Positions 31,649 to 41,275 of a stretch of 64,000 bases of DNA are shown here, piece after piece. The notes below the pieces were generated by a model. It saw only the letters and a program-made list of their open reading frames with translations, was not told the origin of the DNA and did no database searches. The position numbers and the translations under genes were made by a program. Positions within the stretch are counted from its first letter, which is position 1; every line of letters begins with the position of its first letter. The DNA comes from a virus (Duplodnaviria > Caudoviricetes). The stretch spans positions 65,157 to 129,156 of the IMG/VR virus record IMGVR_UViG_3300029288_007050. One strand, 5' to 3'.

Positions 31649-31987
31649 TTAATTAATTGCTTCTTCTAAAGAAGTCTCAGTTATGTGTTCAGCTTCTTCA
31701 TCAGACACGACTAATTCGTAATCACCGAGAACAAGAGTAGTGATGTGGCTCAAAGTGTCTGCGACTTCGTTGCGAATTAAATCTTTGATCGACTTTTTTT
31801 GCGTACATTCTGGAAAAGATGCATCTATAATCGTTAAAATTCTTCCAGCTAAAAATCTTATTTGAGAAGAAACAGCTTTACCGGAAAGAGATTTTTCGTC
31901 CATTTTCTCAGCAAATTCTCCAGTTGATATTGTTTTTTTGACTATACTTTGACTTTTTTCTCCAACTTTACCAACTTTGTTTGACAT
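31649..31987 (-). CDS. Hypothetical protein enclosed by an inverted-repeat stem
   Basis: 112-aa ORF flanked by arms 31603-31627 and 32011-32035. Confidence 0.7.
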   Translation of the reverse strand: MSNKVGKVGEKSQSIVKKTISTGEFAEKMDEKSLSGKAVSSQIRFLAGRILTIIDASFPECTQKKSIKDLIRNEVADTLSHITTLVLGDYELVVSDEEAEHITETSLEEAIN

Positions 31988-32083
31988 TGACTTATTAACG
32001 TTGACTCGACTTGACTGCTGTTTTCAAAGAACTATGTTTTTACAAATCATTCTCTAAAAGTTGGAGTCAGAATTAGTAGTTGT

Positions 32084-32548
32084 TTATCTTTCGTCTATGT
32101 CTGACGAATTTCTAACGACCTTTACTAATTCGTAAGCAATAATATTGTTTTTGATTCTTTGCCAAGTTCTTTCAGAATAAGAACCATCAGCTAAATCATT
32201 TCCTCTCAACCAGTCTTCACCAGCTCTTGATTTTCTAACAGAAGATGCACAACCAAGATAACCATTATCACCACTTCTCGGCTGCAGCATGTTGTCTGAA
32301 TCTTTAGTGATAGATTCTCCGCTATCAGGCAATTGTGCTCTAAGCGAATAGTAATGTTCTTTTGTGAAGATTTTCAAACGAATTTGTCCTTGTTTATAGT
32401 CAGAAATGAAAATAAAATCTTCAAATTTTCCAAAACGACTAATTTCTTTAAGCCAATTTGTTAAATCCGGAAATTCTTTGAGAATTTCTAAATTCCATTT
32501 TGGCTGATGTTTTCTAGCAACATCGGGCACTTCTAACGGTTTTGACAT
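32084..32548 (-). CDS. Hypothetical protein enclosed by an inverted-repeat stem
   Basis: Likely start MSKPLEV at 32548; arms 32051-32069 and 32569-32587. Confidence 0.7.
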   Translation of the reverse strand: MSKPLEVPDVARKHQPKWNLEILKEFPDLTNWLKEISRFGKFEDFIFISDYKQGQIRLKIFTKEHYYSLRAQLPDSGESITKDSDNMLQPRSGDNGYLGCASSVRKSRAGEDWLRGNDLADGSYSERTWQRIKNNIIAYELVKVVRNSSDIDER

Positions 32549-32604
32549 TGTTTTTTTTATACCGTTCATGACTCCAACTTTTAAAGAACTATTTGAACGA
32601 AATT

Positions 32605-32749
32605 GTTCTCTGAAGCAGAGACACAATAATGCCGAGTCGACGGCAGACTTAATTCATATTGGTTCCGTCTCTGCTGTTGGCGGTTGACTCATAAAGAGTC
32701 GTAAACCCTCTTAAAGAACCTATCTAATTATGTCTCTTCTTCAAAGAAC
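32605..32749 (-). ncRNA. Stem-enclosed structured RNA candidate
   Basis: GTTCTTTGAAGAAGAGAC/GTCTCTGCTTCAGAGAAC closing stem around ~105 nt containing hairpins. Confidence 0.45.
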
Positions 32750-33006
32750 TATTTTTTAGTATTTATATATATTTTTAAATCGACTATAGCTTCTTTAATC
32801 GTTTTGATGTCTCCCCTTACTTCTCTCAGATCTTCACAGAATTTATTATAATGATTATTTAGCTGAAGATTGATTTCAGCTAATTCTTTTTCATAATTAA
32901 CTAAAGCATTGTTGTTTTTTCTTGACTTCATGTAGTCAAAAATCTTCTGAATCGCGAAAAGAACAACGACAGCTAAAGCACCAAGATTTGCATATTGTTC
33001 GACCAT
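32749..33006 (-). CDS. Membrane-anchored coiled-coil protein (holin-like)
   Basis: N-terminal TM segment followed by heptad-rich tail. Confidence 0.6.
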   Translation of the reverse strand: MVEQYANLGALAVVVLFAIQKIFDYMKSRKNNNALVNYEKELAEINLQLNNHYNKFCEDLREVRGDIKTIKEAIVDLKIYINTKK

Positions 33007-33036
33007 ATCAAAATAAGGTTAAGTGTTATTAATTTT

Positions 33037-33065
33037 ATTTTACTACTTTATTTTTCTTTTGTAAA
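33037..33065 (-). promoter_or_regulatory. sigma70-like promoter
   Basis: TTTACA-17-TAAAAT on the minus strand. Confidence 0.5.
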
Positions 33066-34497
33066 ACGCGCACGCTTTTCAAAGAAGATGCCGTCTAGAG
33101 ATTTTTTGAGCCCGCCGCTATTTTTTTGAATAAATTAATTTTTCGCTCTAGAAAAAATTTATCGCGCTGAGATAGAGTTGCTGTCTTTGTCTGGCAGAGA
33201 TTCTCTTTATCTGCTTCAAAGGGTGTTGCCATATCTTACCACCTTTCGAATACACTTTTTTCTACGCAATATAGAAGAGATCCTATGAGGCGTCAAAATG
33301 AGCTAGTTTTTTTATTACGAAACAAATGTGGAGAAAGTAAAGGAATTCCTTTACAAAAAATAGAAGTGTGTTGTAGTAAGCAGGAACTTATTATAAAACA
33401 AATATGGTAAGATGTAAATGTTTACAAATGCCTTGAGATGTTATGAAATAAGCTGAGATATTATTACGATACAAACAAGAAGATACGTAAAGGAATAGAA
33501 TATCAAATAAAAAATATAGATTCTTTAATCTAGAGACGTAAGCACGCTAGCGAAAGAGACGAGCGCAAAAAGTAAATGTGAAGATAGTTTAGCAGAAGTT
33601 TTATTTCGTACTCGCAGAATCTAAGAGAGAAAAAGCTACTGACTTTATTCGTAAAGAATATCTTTAACAAAAATAAAAATCTTTCAAATAATGAGAATCA
33701 AGACTAGCGACGAGTTAGCGAAGGATAAAAGTATTCTCGTGCGATATGCTCGAATAGTCTGGTGAGTCTTCGGAAAAAATCCTGTGAGACTCGCGTGTGT
33801 TGAAAGAATCAAGCGCGATTAACGAGTGCGAGCAGAGTAAATCATAAGAAACTTGCGATTGCTCTAGTGCAAATGCTTTAGATATTATTGATTATTCATT
33901 TATATAGTATATTGTTTGTCTAGCAGCGTTCTAGACACTCGAGCGCATATTGTAGATAGCGTTCAGAGCTTGGTTTCTCATTCAAGCTGATAGTTTATAT
34001 GGTAAAATAAGAAAGACTTTAATACTTATTACATAACATTCTGGCGCAAATGTAAATAGTAAATGTGTGAGAAAACAATTCGAAGCGCCCTTAAAACGCC
34101 CAGCAGAGAGATAAAGTCTCTCTCAGAGCGTTAGAGAGCGTTTAGCTTGCTCTAGCGTACCACGCTCTGCCATATCTAAGCCAAGTAAAGTCTCTTATCC
34201 ATATATTCTATCAGCTCTGCTATCAATATCTAAAAGTCTCTACGAATCAACTTATTACAAAACATTCGTGCGCAAAAGTAAAATATCGCTTGAGAGCTCA
34301 GTCTTTTAAAGAAACTGACATAATATCACTAGAGACTTGCTTTCTCTACAAAGCGTTATATGAACTCTAGCGCCTACTCCAGAATGCCTATCTAAACGCT
34401 TTCTAAGCCTTGAAAAACAAGAGACTTGATGTCTCCTATTACTCAAAAATGAGCTCTCTACAAACGGTGTAGCGCAAAAGTTATTAACAGTTAGACC

Positions 34498-34525
34498 TTT
34501 ACAATATGGTATGATATGGTATTAT
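34498..34525 (+). promoter_or_regulatory. Early promoter driving the cassette array
   Basis: TTTACA-16-TATTAT with TG extension; upstream AAAAGTTATTAACAG shared with the 43260 promoter. Confidence 0.7.
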
Positions 34526-34654
34526 AAAAATAGGAAGAACACGGCTGTTAACAACTCGGGGGACTTCATCCAACCTTGTGAATATCCCTCGCCCCAACTG
34601 AACGAAGGATGGCAAAAACGCATCGCGGTCAATGAGTGTACTTTGTCAACAAGT

Positions 34655-35143
34655 ACTGGAGAGATATTCTGGAACTTGATGAAATGTTATCCCTAAAAAA
34701 TAAAACACTTTTATGGAAAACATTACTCAAGTAGAAAACTTATCGTTCAAAATCATCGACGAAGTTAAAAAAGACATCAAGGAAATCGTTCTCAAAAAGA
34801 ACAACGGGCGATGCGACAAGATAATTTTCGAAATGCCCAAAATATCTCAAGCTCAAATAGATAAAGCTTACAACGGCAAGCCCGGTTGTATGTGCGGGTG
34901 TCTCGGAAAATACTCAGTTCTGAAATCTTCTAAAGAAACTGAAGAACTCGGTGAAACAGTTTCGCCTCGCTCAGTCAATTTCGTTTTAAACAAATTGATT
35001 AAAGAAGCTAAACGCGGAATTGAAGTCATCGGAGACTACATTTACTTGATGGACATAGAAGATAGGCGCTACGCCCTTTATCTAAAAAAATAATCAACTA
35101 ACTAAGATAACATTTGCATTGAGTTTCAAAATATCTCTCCAGT
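34655..35143 (+). repeat. Cassette 1 inverted-repeat stem
   Basis: ACTGGAGAGATATTCTGGAACTTGATGAAATGTTATC / GATAACATTTGCATTGAGTTTCAAAATATCTCTCCAGT. Confidence 0.95.
34713..35093 (+). CDS. Hypothetical protein (cassette 1)
   Basis: 126 aa with a GKPGCMCGCLGKY motif. Confidence 0.75.
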   Translation: MENITQVENLSFKIIDEVKKDIKEIVLKKNNGRCDKIIFEMPKISQAQIDKAYNGKPGCMCGCLGKYSVLKSSKETEELGETVSPRSVNFVLNKLIKEAKRGIEVIGDYIYLMDIEDRRYALYLKK

Positions 35144-35249
35144 CGCTAAGAATATAACGAAGAGTTAGAATAGAACGGGGAGTGTTAGATAATAACACTC
35201 GGTGAGGGGAAAATCTAACAGAGGGGTTATTATTCTTATGCAAATCCAA

Positions 35250-35539
35250 CACCGGAGAGATATTCTGGAACTTGATTGTAAACCTTACTAAAAAATATGT
35301 ACAAAATCCTTCAAATCAGTTTCGTAATTTTAGCACTCGTTGGTTTCATATTCGCGATGAACTTCGGAATCAACAAGACTGAAATAAACGAATGCAACAA
35401 GTGGAACAAAGAAGCTAAAGAATATACTGGTTATTACTTTACGCAAAATCAAATTGACCAGTGCGACGCGCACGAGATTACGTTAACGTTAAAATAAAAT
35501 ATCATTAAAACAATCAAGTTTCAAAATATCTCTCTGGTG
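35250..35539 (+). repeat. Cassette 2 inverted-repeat stem
   Basis: CACCGGAGAGATATTCTGGAACTTGATTGT / ACAATCAAGTTTCAAAATATCTCTCTGGTG. Confidence 0.95.
35297..35497 (+). CDS. Small membrane-anchored/secreted protein (cassette 2)
   Basis: N-terminal hydrophobic segment and two Cys. Confidence 0.75.
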   Translation: MYKILQISFVILALVGFIFAMNFGINKTEINECNKWNKEAKEYTGYYFTQNQIDQCDAHEITLTLK

Positions 35540-35639
35540 AAGAGACACTATCAGACTGCGACTGGTACAATCCCCAGAGCAGCGCACTCGAACTGAAGTG
35601 TAAAGAATGCGAAAGCATCTCTCAAAAATAGAGTGTTTA

Positions 35640-35924
35640 TCTTGGCAAGGCATTCTGGAACTTGAAGTTAGAAACAATAGATATGCCAAAACTATCTGAA
35701 GCAGAACAATTTATAATTGGCCAAGCAATGGCTGAAATCAAAAAAGAAAAAGACGTTTCTATCGTCAGAGAAAAAATCTTAGGCACTGTAGTCGGCGTTA
35801 ACAAAAAAGCAGTCAAAATCTTTGATGAATTAGTCGCATCGAAGAGAAAAGCAGGTTTAATAACCTGACTCAAACAATTTAGAATTAAATATCTAACTTC
35901 GAGTTTCAAAACGCCTTGCTAAGA
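35640..35924 (+). repeat. Cassette 3 inverted-repeat stem
   Basis: TCTTGGCAAGGCATTCTGGAACTTGAAGTTAGA / TCTAACTTCGAGTTTCAAAACGCCTTGCTAAGA. Confidence 0.95.
35683..35868 (+). CDS. Hypothetical protein (cassette 3)
   Basis: ATG at 35683 (MPKLSEAEQ) lies inside the stem. Confidence 0.7.
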   Translation: MPKLSEAEQFIIGQAMAEIKKEKDVSIVREKILGTVVGVNKKAVKIFDELVASKRKAGLIT

Positions 35925-35926
35925 AT

Positions 35927-36350
35927 CTAGAGGGAGAATCTGGAACTTAAGTCTCTGAATGTTCTACAACAATGCAAAAACTCTTAAAATATAGAAAAAA
36001 TAAACGTGACATTACAATCGGTACTTCGTTCGCGAATTTATCTATCAATACAAATCTTGATAGACTCGTCGAACTTCTGGGACAAGTTTCTTTTCTTGGC
36101 TCGGGAGACGACAAAGTTCAATTAGAGTGGGCTTTCTACAAATCTCCAACAAGAGTCTTTACAATTTACGACTACAAAGAAAACAAGCCAATCCACGAAA
36201 TTACTGACTGGCACGTAGGCGCAAAAGGTTTTGATAGAGAAGAGATTGTAGACGAGCTCCTAAAAATCGGTTTTACGAAAGACGAAATCGTCTTAGAGAA
36301 TTAAAATTAAACATCATATTCAGAACTTGAGTTTCAAATTCTCTCTCTAG
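35927..36350 (+). repeat. Cassette 4 inverted-repeat stem
   Basis: CTAGAGGGAGAATCTGGAACTTAAG / CTTGAGTTTCAAATTCTCTCTCTAG. Confidence 0.95.
35972..36304 (+). CDS. Hypothetical protein (cassette 4)
   Basis: 110 aa with DDKVQLEW..FTIYDYK..WHVG. Confidence 0.75.
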   Translation: MQKLLKYRKNKRDITIGTSFANLSINTNLDRLVELLGQVSFLGSGDDKVQLEWAFYKSPTRVFTIYDYKENKPIHEITDWHVGAKGFDREEIVDELLKIGFTKDEIVLEN

Positions 36351-36363
36351 TAAAAACACTTTG

Positions 36364-36755
36364 AGTGCTCGTCGGTGAGACAATCTGGAACTCAATAGAC
36401 TCGTCTGAAATTCTACAAATTTATGGTTCTAAAATTGACTTTAACAAAACCTATCAACGGCTACTGGGACGGCGGACCAAAACAAGTCTTCAATTACTCA
36501 ATTGACGGCGAAGTCCAGAGAGATTCCAAAGGGCAATACGTAAGAGTCGGAAGCTGGGAAGCAAATTCTTGGTTTCACGTCGCTGTCGGTAAAACAGTGA
36601 AACAGACTCTAGCAAACGCGAGACGCCATCTTCTCGCTGGTTTAAACAAGATGGCGAAAAGCCAGCTCATTGGCTACAAATTTGAGTACGTCGAATAATT
36701 ATAATTAAAAAAGACGACGAAGTTGAGTTTCAAATCGTCTCACTGAAAGAGTACT
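36364..36755 (+). repeat. Cassette 5 inverted-repeat stem
   Basis: TCGGTGAGACAATCTGGAACTCAA / TTGAGTTTCAAATCGTCTCACTGA. Confidence 0.95.
36423..36698 (+). CDS. Hypothetical protein (cassette 5)
   Basis: 91-aa ORF filling the loop. Confidence 0.75.
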   Translation: MVLKLTLTKPINGYWDGGPKQVFNYSIDGEVQRDSKGQYVRVGSWEANSWFHVAVGKTVKQTLANARRHLLAGLNKMAKSQLIGYKFEYVE

Positions 36756-37297
36756 AAACTAGAGTGCTAGTAGAAAGTCCAGATAGTCTTCTACAAAAAA
36801 GTGCATTGCAATTATAGCTTCTCAACAAATTTCATCACTTTGCTTTCGCGCTCGTCAATTCTTAACAGAATTGTATGAAGATAGAAAGCAAAAAATGAAG
36901 CAAACCGCAGCCTCTACGACTTTCACGCTAGAAGCGTTCGAGCTCGTTCTCAGAAAAGAACAAATCTTCCGAAATCGCAATTTTGAGCTCTAAAGCGTCC
37001 TGGAGACGAACGCTAAATCAAAAGACAAGGTGTAAGAGAGCCAGAGAGAAGGTTTTAAGAGAGAGATGAAATAAACCTCAGCTAAGAATCAGAGAGATTC
37101 TAGAATGTTTAAAATGAGAATCAGAGTCTTCATCTTACTAATTTTCTTTCTCTTTCTTGAGAGCTATTACTATGATAAGCTTAGAGATGGATAGATGCAA
37201 TACAATTTGCATTTACTTTCGTCCGAGCTCTGTTCAATCTTGCAGGGCATCGTTAGAAGGACAATCTGGAACTCGAACATAAGCTCTAACTACAAAA

Positions 37298-37462
37298 ATG
37301 GAAAAACAAAAAGAAGACATAACAGTTGCTTACAATATCTTTTCAAATGGTAGAATCGTAAGCAGCTTTGAAGTTTCGGGCAAAGACGAAGATGAGTGTC
37401 AAGAGAAAGCCGAACAAGAATACGATGACTTCGTATCTAGTCTCAGTCTAGAAGAAGAGTAA
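37298..37462 (+). CDS. Small acidic protein (cassette 6a; not in ORF track)
   Basis: MEKQKEDITVAYNIF...VSGKDEDECQEKAEQEYDDFVSSLSLEEE*, 54 aa. Confidence 0.7.
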   Translation: MEKQKEDITVAYNIFSNGRIVSSFEVSGKDEDECQEKAEQEYDDFVSSLSLEEE

Positions 37463-37475
37463 AAAACTTACTTCT

Positions 37476-37670
37476 ATGACTACATACCTCGTCCCAAAAA
37501 TACCTGGTGTGCCCATAATTAAAATGGACAAGAAGCGAATAAGAGAATTGAGAAAAATTCTCCGCTCCGGCCAGGAAGTTCATTGTTTAGATATGCCTTC
37601 GTATCTAGCAACTCTCCAACAAGCAATTGAAATCGGAGCAACAAGCAAAATCGTCAAAGACTTCGCATAA
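37476..37670 (+). CDS. Hypothetical protein (cassette 6b)
   Basis: 64-aa ORF. Confidence 0.65.
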   Translation: MTTYLVPKIPGVPIIKMDKKRIRELRKILRSGQEVHCLDMPSYLATLQQAIEIGATSKIVKDFA

Positions 37671-37733
37671 CATTTTATATCATTAACAATTTAGAGTAAA
37701 ATTCGAGTTTCAAATCGTCCTTCTAACTTAAAA

Positions 37734-38018
37734 GCTTAGAAGACAGTTCTGGAACTCAAGAGTACACAAAACGATGCAAATAACAACTATCGTTGTATCT
37801 GACAGCGAATACTTTTCATTCTTTCAATATCCTTCTTACGAAAAAGCGTTTAACAAAGTAAAAGAATACGAAGCGATGGGATACGAAGCAAAAATCGTTA
37901 CGAACTATCCAATCGAAAAATCAAGTCGAGAAGCATATCAAAAATTCGCTCCATCTGGCGAATTTATAGATTAAATTAAAATTAACTTATTCTTGAGTTT
38001 CAAAACCGTCTTCTAAGC
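37734..38018 (+). repeat. Cassette 7 inverted-repeat stem
   Basis: GCTTAGAAGACAGTTCTGGAACTCAAGAGTA / TATTCTTGAGTTTCAAAACCGTCTTCTAAGC. Confidence 0.95.
37774..37974 (+). CDS. Hypothetical protein (cassette 7)
   Basis: 66-aa ORF filling the loop. Confidence 0.7.
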   Translation: MQITTIVVSDSEYFSFFQYPSYEKAFNKVKEYEAMGYEAKIVTNYPIEKSSREAYQKFAPSGEFID

Positions 38019-38043
38019 AGAGGAACTATAATTGCAGTGCACT

Positions 38044-38900
38044 GCAGTTAGAAGAGCATTCTGGAACTCGAGGAGCTCATAATAAAATGAATGAACTTAT
38101 CGAAAAAATTAAAAAACCCGATAACTTCAACTTCTATTATATGCAAAGCATTAGAGGTGAAGACGGGATTGAGCACATTCGAAAAGAAAAGGCGCGCTAT
38201 TTTGTCACACAAGATGGCAGAATAGCTAGATATGCTAGACGATTGCATAAACGTGGTTATGCTATAGATGATTTGAGCAGAATCATAGTTGAAGACAAGA
38301 AAAGAATTAAGACTCCAGAACAAAAATGGAACGAAAGCTGGTTTAAAGTTTCAAAGAGGTTAGAAAAATCTGGCCTCTATGAAGACTTGTTAAAGAACGT
38401 ACATCTTGGTTTAGAGATTGGATATGAAAAAATCCAATTAGCTTACAATTTGTACTGGGAAGATGATAAGAATCTCAGCTACGTCGAAAATCAGAAACGA
38501 AGAGACGAGGAAATCAAAAATCTTGATGAAAGACTTTTGATAGACAGCCATCCGAATACTGAAATCATCTGGTATATGAAATATCCTGCCAAAGTTAAAA
38601 AAATGAATTTTGGCAAACCGAGATGGGATGACGGTTCGACTAACAAAGAAAAACTTCAGCTCATCGCAAAAGCGCTCAAAGAGAAAAAAGAAGTATCAGT
38701 CGGTGGTCGAAATGGTTACGATATTTCATTCTCGTACAATCCAAAAATAAACAAAGCGTGGTATTCTGAAGAATACAGAGGATGCGGAAACGGCCATTAC
38801 TATCTTGCATTAGATGCAACTCACGCTTTATTTTACGAGGATGATTAAAGATTATTAACTAACGAGCAACCTTCGAGTTTCAAAACGCTCTTCTAACTGC
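38044..38900 (+). repeat. Cassette 8 inverted-repeat stem
   Basis: GCAGTTAGAAGAGCATTCTGGAACTCGAGG / CTTCGAGTTTCAAAACGCTCTTCTAACTGC. Confidence 0.95.
38087..38848 (+). CDS. Hypothetical protein (cassette 8)
   Basis: 253 aa; C-terminal AWYSEEYRGCGNGHYYL. Confidence 0.8.
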   Translation: MNELIEKIKKPDNFNFYYMQSIRGEDGIEHIRKEKARYFVTQDGRIARYARRLHKRGYAIDDLSRIIVEDKKRIKTPEQKWNESWFKVSKRLEKSGLYEDLLKNVHLGLEIGYEKIQLAYNLYWEDDKNLSYVENQKRRDEEIKNLDERLLIDSHPNTEIIWYMKYPAKVKKMNFGKPRWDDGSTNKEKLQLIAKALKEKKEVSVGGRNGYDISFSYNPKINKAWYSEEYRGCGNGHYYLALDATHALFYEDD

Positions 38901-40396
38901 GTCGGAAGAGTATTCTGGAACTTGAAAAAGCTACAAACAATCTATGAATTGGTTCGAAGTATCAAAAGAAGGATTGAAACAGCTTCAGTTAGGAAAACCT
39001 AAGCATTACGTTGCTAGAGAGCTAGTACAGAATGCTTGGGATGAAAACATCAAAGTCTGCAAATTCGTGTCTCTCTGGGCAAACGGCGTAGCATCTATCT
39101 CAGTAGAAGATGATAGTCCCGAAGGCTTCCGAAATCTCCGCGATGCTTTCACATTGTTTGCGCCTACTTACAAACGAGCAAATCCTGAGAAAAGAGGACG
39201 TTTCAATTTAGGAGAAAAACAAGCTCTCGCAATTTGCGACAAAGCTAAATTAGAAACAACAAAAGGAACTGTTCTGTTTGAGAAGACGAGCCGAACACAA
39301 AGCTCCAAGAAAAGAGATGCTGGAAGCAAAATATCTGTAGAACTGAAAATGTCTAAAACTGAATATGAGGAAATGCTGGAGATAGTTAAAAACTATCTCG
39401 TACCAGAAAACATAGAGTTCTTAGTAAACGGAGAAAAGATGAAGTTTTCAAAACCTTTCAAATCAATTAGGGTTTCTTTACCCACTGAAATTGAAGAGAA
39501 TGGTGTTCTAAAGAAAACTCTCAGAATGGCTGATGTCAATATCATCAAATCAAACGGGAAAACTTTTCTTTATGAGATGGGAATACCCGTCGTAGAGATT
39601 GAATGTCAATTTGGAATTGATGTTCAACAAAAAGTACCCCTTTCGATTGATAGAGACAGCGTTCCACATTCCTACATATCTATTCTCTATGCTGAAGTTC
39701 TCAATGCTACATACGAAGAAGTAGATGAAGAAAATTCATCTCAAGTTTGGGTCAGAGAAGCAACAGGACACAAAAGAATTATTCCAGAAGCTGTGAAATC
39801 TATCGTCAATAAAAGATACGGTGACAAAGTAGTCGTTGCGAATCCATTCGACCGAAATTCAATTGATGACGCAATTTCAGCTGGTTATAAAGTTATCACT
39901 GGAAACGAATTATCAAAAGAAGAATGGTCGAACATCAGAGAATCAGAAGCAATTAAATCTTCTTCTGATTTGTTTGGTTCTGGTACAACTTCTTCAACAC
40001 CGTATGAAGCTGACGAGAATATGAAAGCAGTTGCAAAATTAGCAAAGAAGATAGCAAAAAGATGTCTCAAAATCGACATCGCTGTCCAATTTGCTAAATG
40101 GAGTGGAGTTAGTGCACAATATGGTAGCAGAACTCTTACTTTCAACGTTCAATCGTTGGGAAAAGGATTCTTCAAACCGGCGTTGTCAGCCAACACTTTA
40201 GATTTGATTATCCACGAAATCGCTCACGAACACGGACAACACACAGAAAAAAGCTATCAAGAAGCAATCACAAGAATTGCTGGAGAATTAGTTATCATCG
40301 CGTTAGAAGAGCCAAAGTTTTTCGATTGCACTTAGTCGACGCAATCAAATTTATCATTAACTTAGCTTCTTTCAAGTTTCAAAGCGCTCTTCTGAC
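38901..40396 (+). repeat. Cassette 9 inverted-repeat stem
   Basis: GTCGGAAGAGTATTCTGGAACTTGAAA / TTTCAAGTTTCAAAGCGCTCTTCTGAC, ~1.43 kb apart. Confidence 0.93.
38944..40335 (+). CDS. GHKL (HATPase) ATPase fused to an HEXXH zincin-like domain
   Basis: RELVQNAWD, VEDD..GF, RGRFNLGEK; C-terminal IIHEIAHEHGQH. Confidence 0.8.
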   Translation: MNWFEVSKEGLKQLQLGKPKHYVARELVQNAWDENIKVCKFVSLWANGVASISVEDDSPEGFRNLRDAFTLFAPTYKRANPEKRGRFNLGEKQALAICDKAKLETTKGTVLFEKTSRTQSSKKRDAGSKISVELKMSKTEYEEMLEIVKNYLVPENIEFLVNGEKMKFSKPFKSIRVSLPTEIEENGVLKKTLRMADVNIIKSNGKTFLYEMGIPVVEIECQFGIDVQQKVPLSIDRDSVPHSYISILYAEVLNATYEEVDEENSSQVWVREATGHKRIIPEAVKSIVNKRYGDKVVVANPFDRNSIDDAISAGYKVITGNELSKEEWSNIRESEAIKSSSDLFGSGTTSSTPYEADENMKAVAKLAKKIAKRCLKIDIAVQFAKWSGVSAQYGSRTLTFNVQSLGKGFFKPALSANTLDLIIHEIAHEHGQHTEKSYQEAITRIAGELVIIALEEPKFFDCT

Positions 40397-40398
40397 TA

Positions 40399-41275
40399 AA
40401 TTCGGAGAAGTATTCTGGAACTTAAAAGCAGGACAAAACAAATGAAGAAAAAGTATCAATTAGCATTGAGTCATACGACTGACTTAGAAGCGAAAAACGA
40501 ACAAGAAGCAGTGAAGAAGTATTTTGAGTCAATTGCGCAAAACAATATGGACTTAGAAAACTTCATAACGTCAAATCTTAAAATTGATAGAGCTTTTTTA
40601 GCTAGTCAACTTTCAGGTAAAGCGTTAGATAAAGTTCTCGAAGATAATTACGGTATCAATATTGAAGATGACTTCGGTTCAGTCAGAGATAGAGACGAAG
40701 CTCCATTCTTAGATATTGAAGCATTCGGTCTAGAAATCAACGAGAATCAGATGTCTTGGAATCTTGATTATCCAAACAGACAACTCTTCTTTACGTTTCC
40801 CCACGATGGTTCTGGAAGCAGACAGATAGGAATTTGTATCACGAACAAAAACAAACTAGTGAAAAAGCTTCAAAAAGATTTGAAACTACCAGAAAGAATT
40901 GCGAAAGCAATGAGAAACGAAGACATCTCTTTGAATTTCAGAACACAGTATTTCGGGGGAGGGGATGGAAGAACATACTTCGAGTTTTCTGACAACACTG
41001 AAAAAGGAATCCTTGGTGTCACAAGAGTTGATGGAATCAAGAACGTAAAACTAATCTATCTCGAAGAAAAACTTCAAGAATGGTTCGACGAAAATATCGT
41101 GAATCGTTTATTGAAGACATTTCAAGCAACCTATGATTATCTTACGTCGAAAGATGCAATCATAGAAACGTTAGACGCTAACGAGTTTATGTTTACGAAA
41201 GACGGTCATCGTCTGTAGACAAACATTATCAATTTAACTTCCTCGCTTTTAAGTTTCAAAATGCTTCTCTAAATT
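40399..41275 (+). repeat. Cassette 10 inverted-repeat stem
   Basis: AATTCGGAGAAGTATTCTGGAACTTAAAAGC / GCTTTTAAGTTTCAAAATGCTTCTCTAAATT. Confidence 0.95.
40442..41218 (+). CDS. Hypothetical protein (cassette 10)
   Basis: 258 aa; C-terminal YDYLTSKDAIIETLDANEFMFTKDG. Confidence 0.8.
   Translation: MKKKYQLALSHTTDLEAKNEQEAVKKYFESIAQNNMDLENFITSNLKIDRAFLASQLSGKALDKVLEDNYGINIEDDFGSVRDRDEAPFLDIEAFGLEINENQMSWNLDYPNRQLFFTFPHDGSGSRQIGICITNKNKLVKKLQKDLKLPERIAKAMRNEDISLNFRTQYFGGGDGRTYFEFSDNTEKGILGVTRVDGIKNVKLIYLEEKLQEWFDENIVNRLLKTFQATYDYLTSKDAIIETLDANEFMFTKDGHRL

Larger units (their letters stand above)
37252..37727 (+). repeat. Cassette 6 inverted-repeat stem (two genes)
   Basis: GTTAGAAGGACAATCTGGAACTCGAA / TTCGAGTTTCAAATCGTCCTTCTAAC. 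Confidence 0.95.

Noticed and set aside
34511-34696. 61-aa ORF upstream of cassette 1
   Set aside because: It starts inside the promoter and runs through the stem arm, so it is more likely a structured 5' leader.
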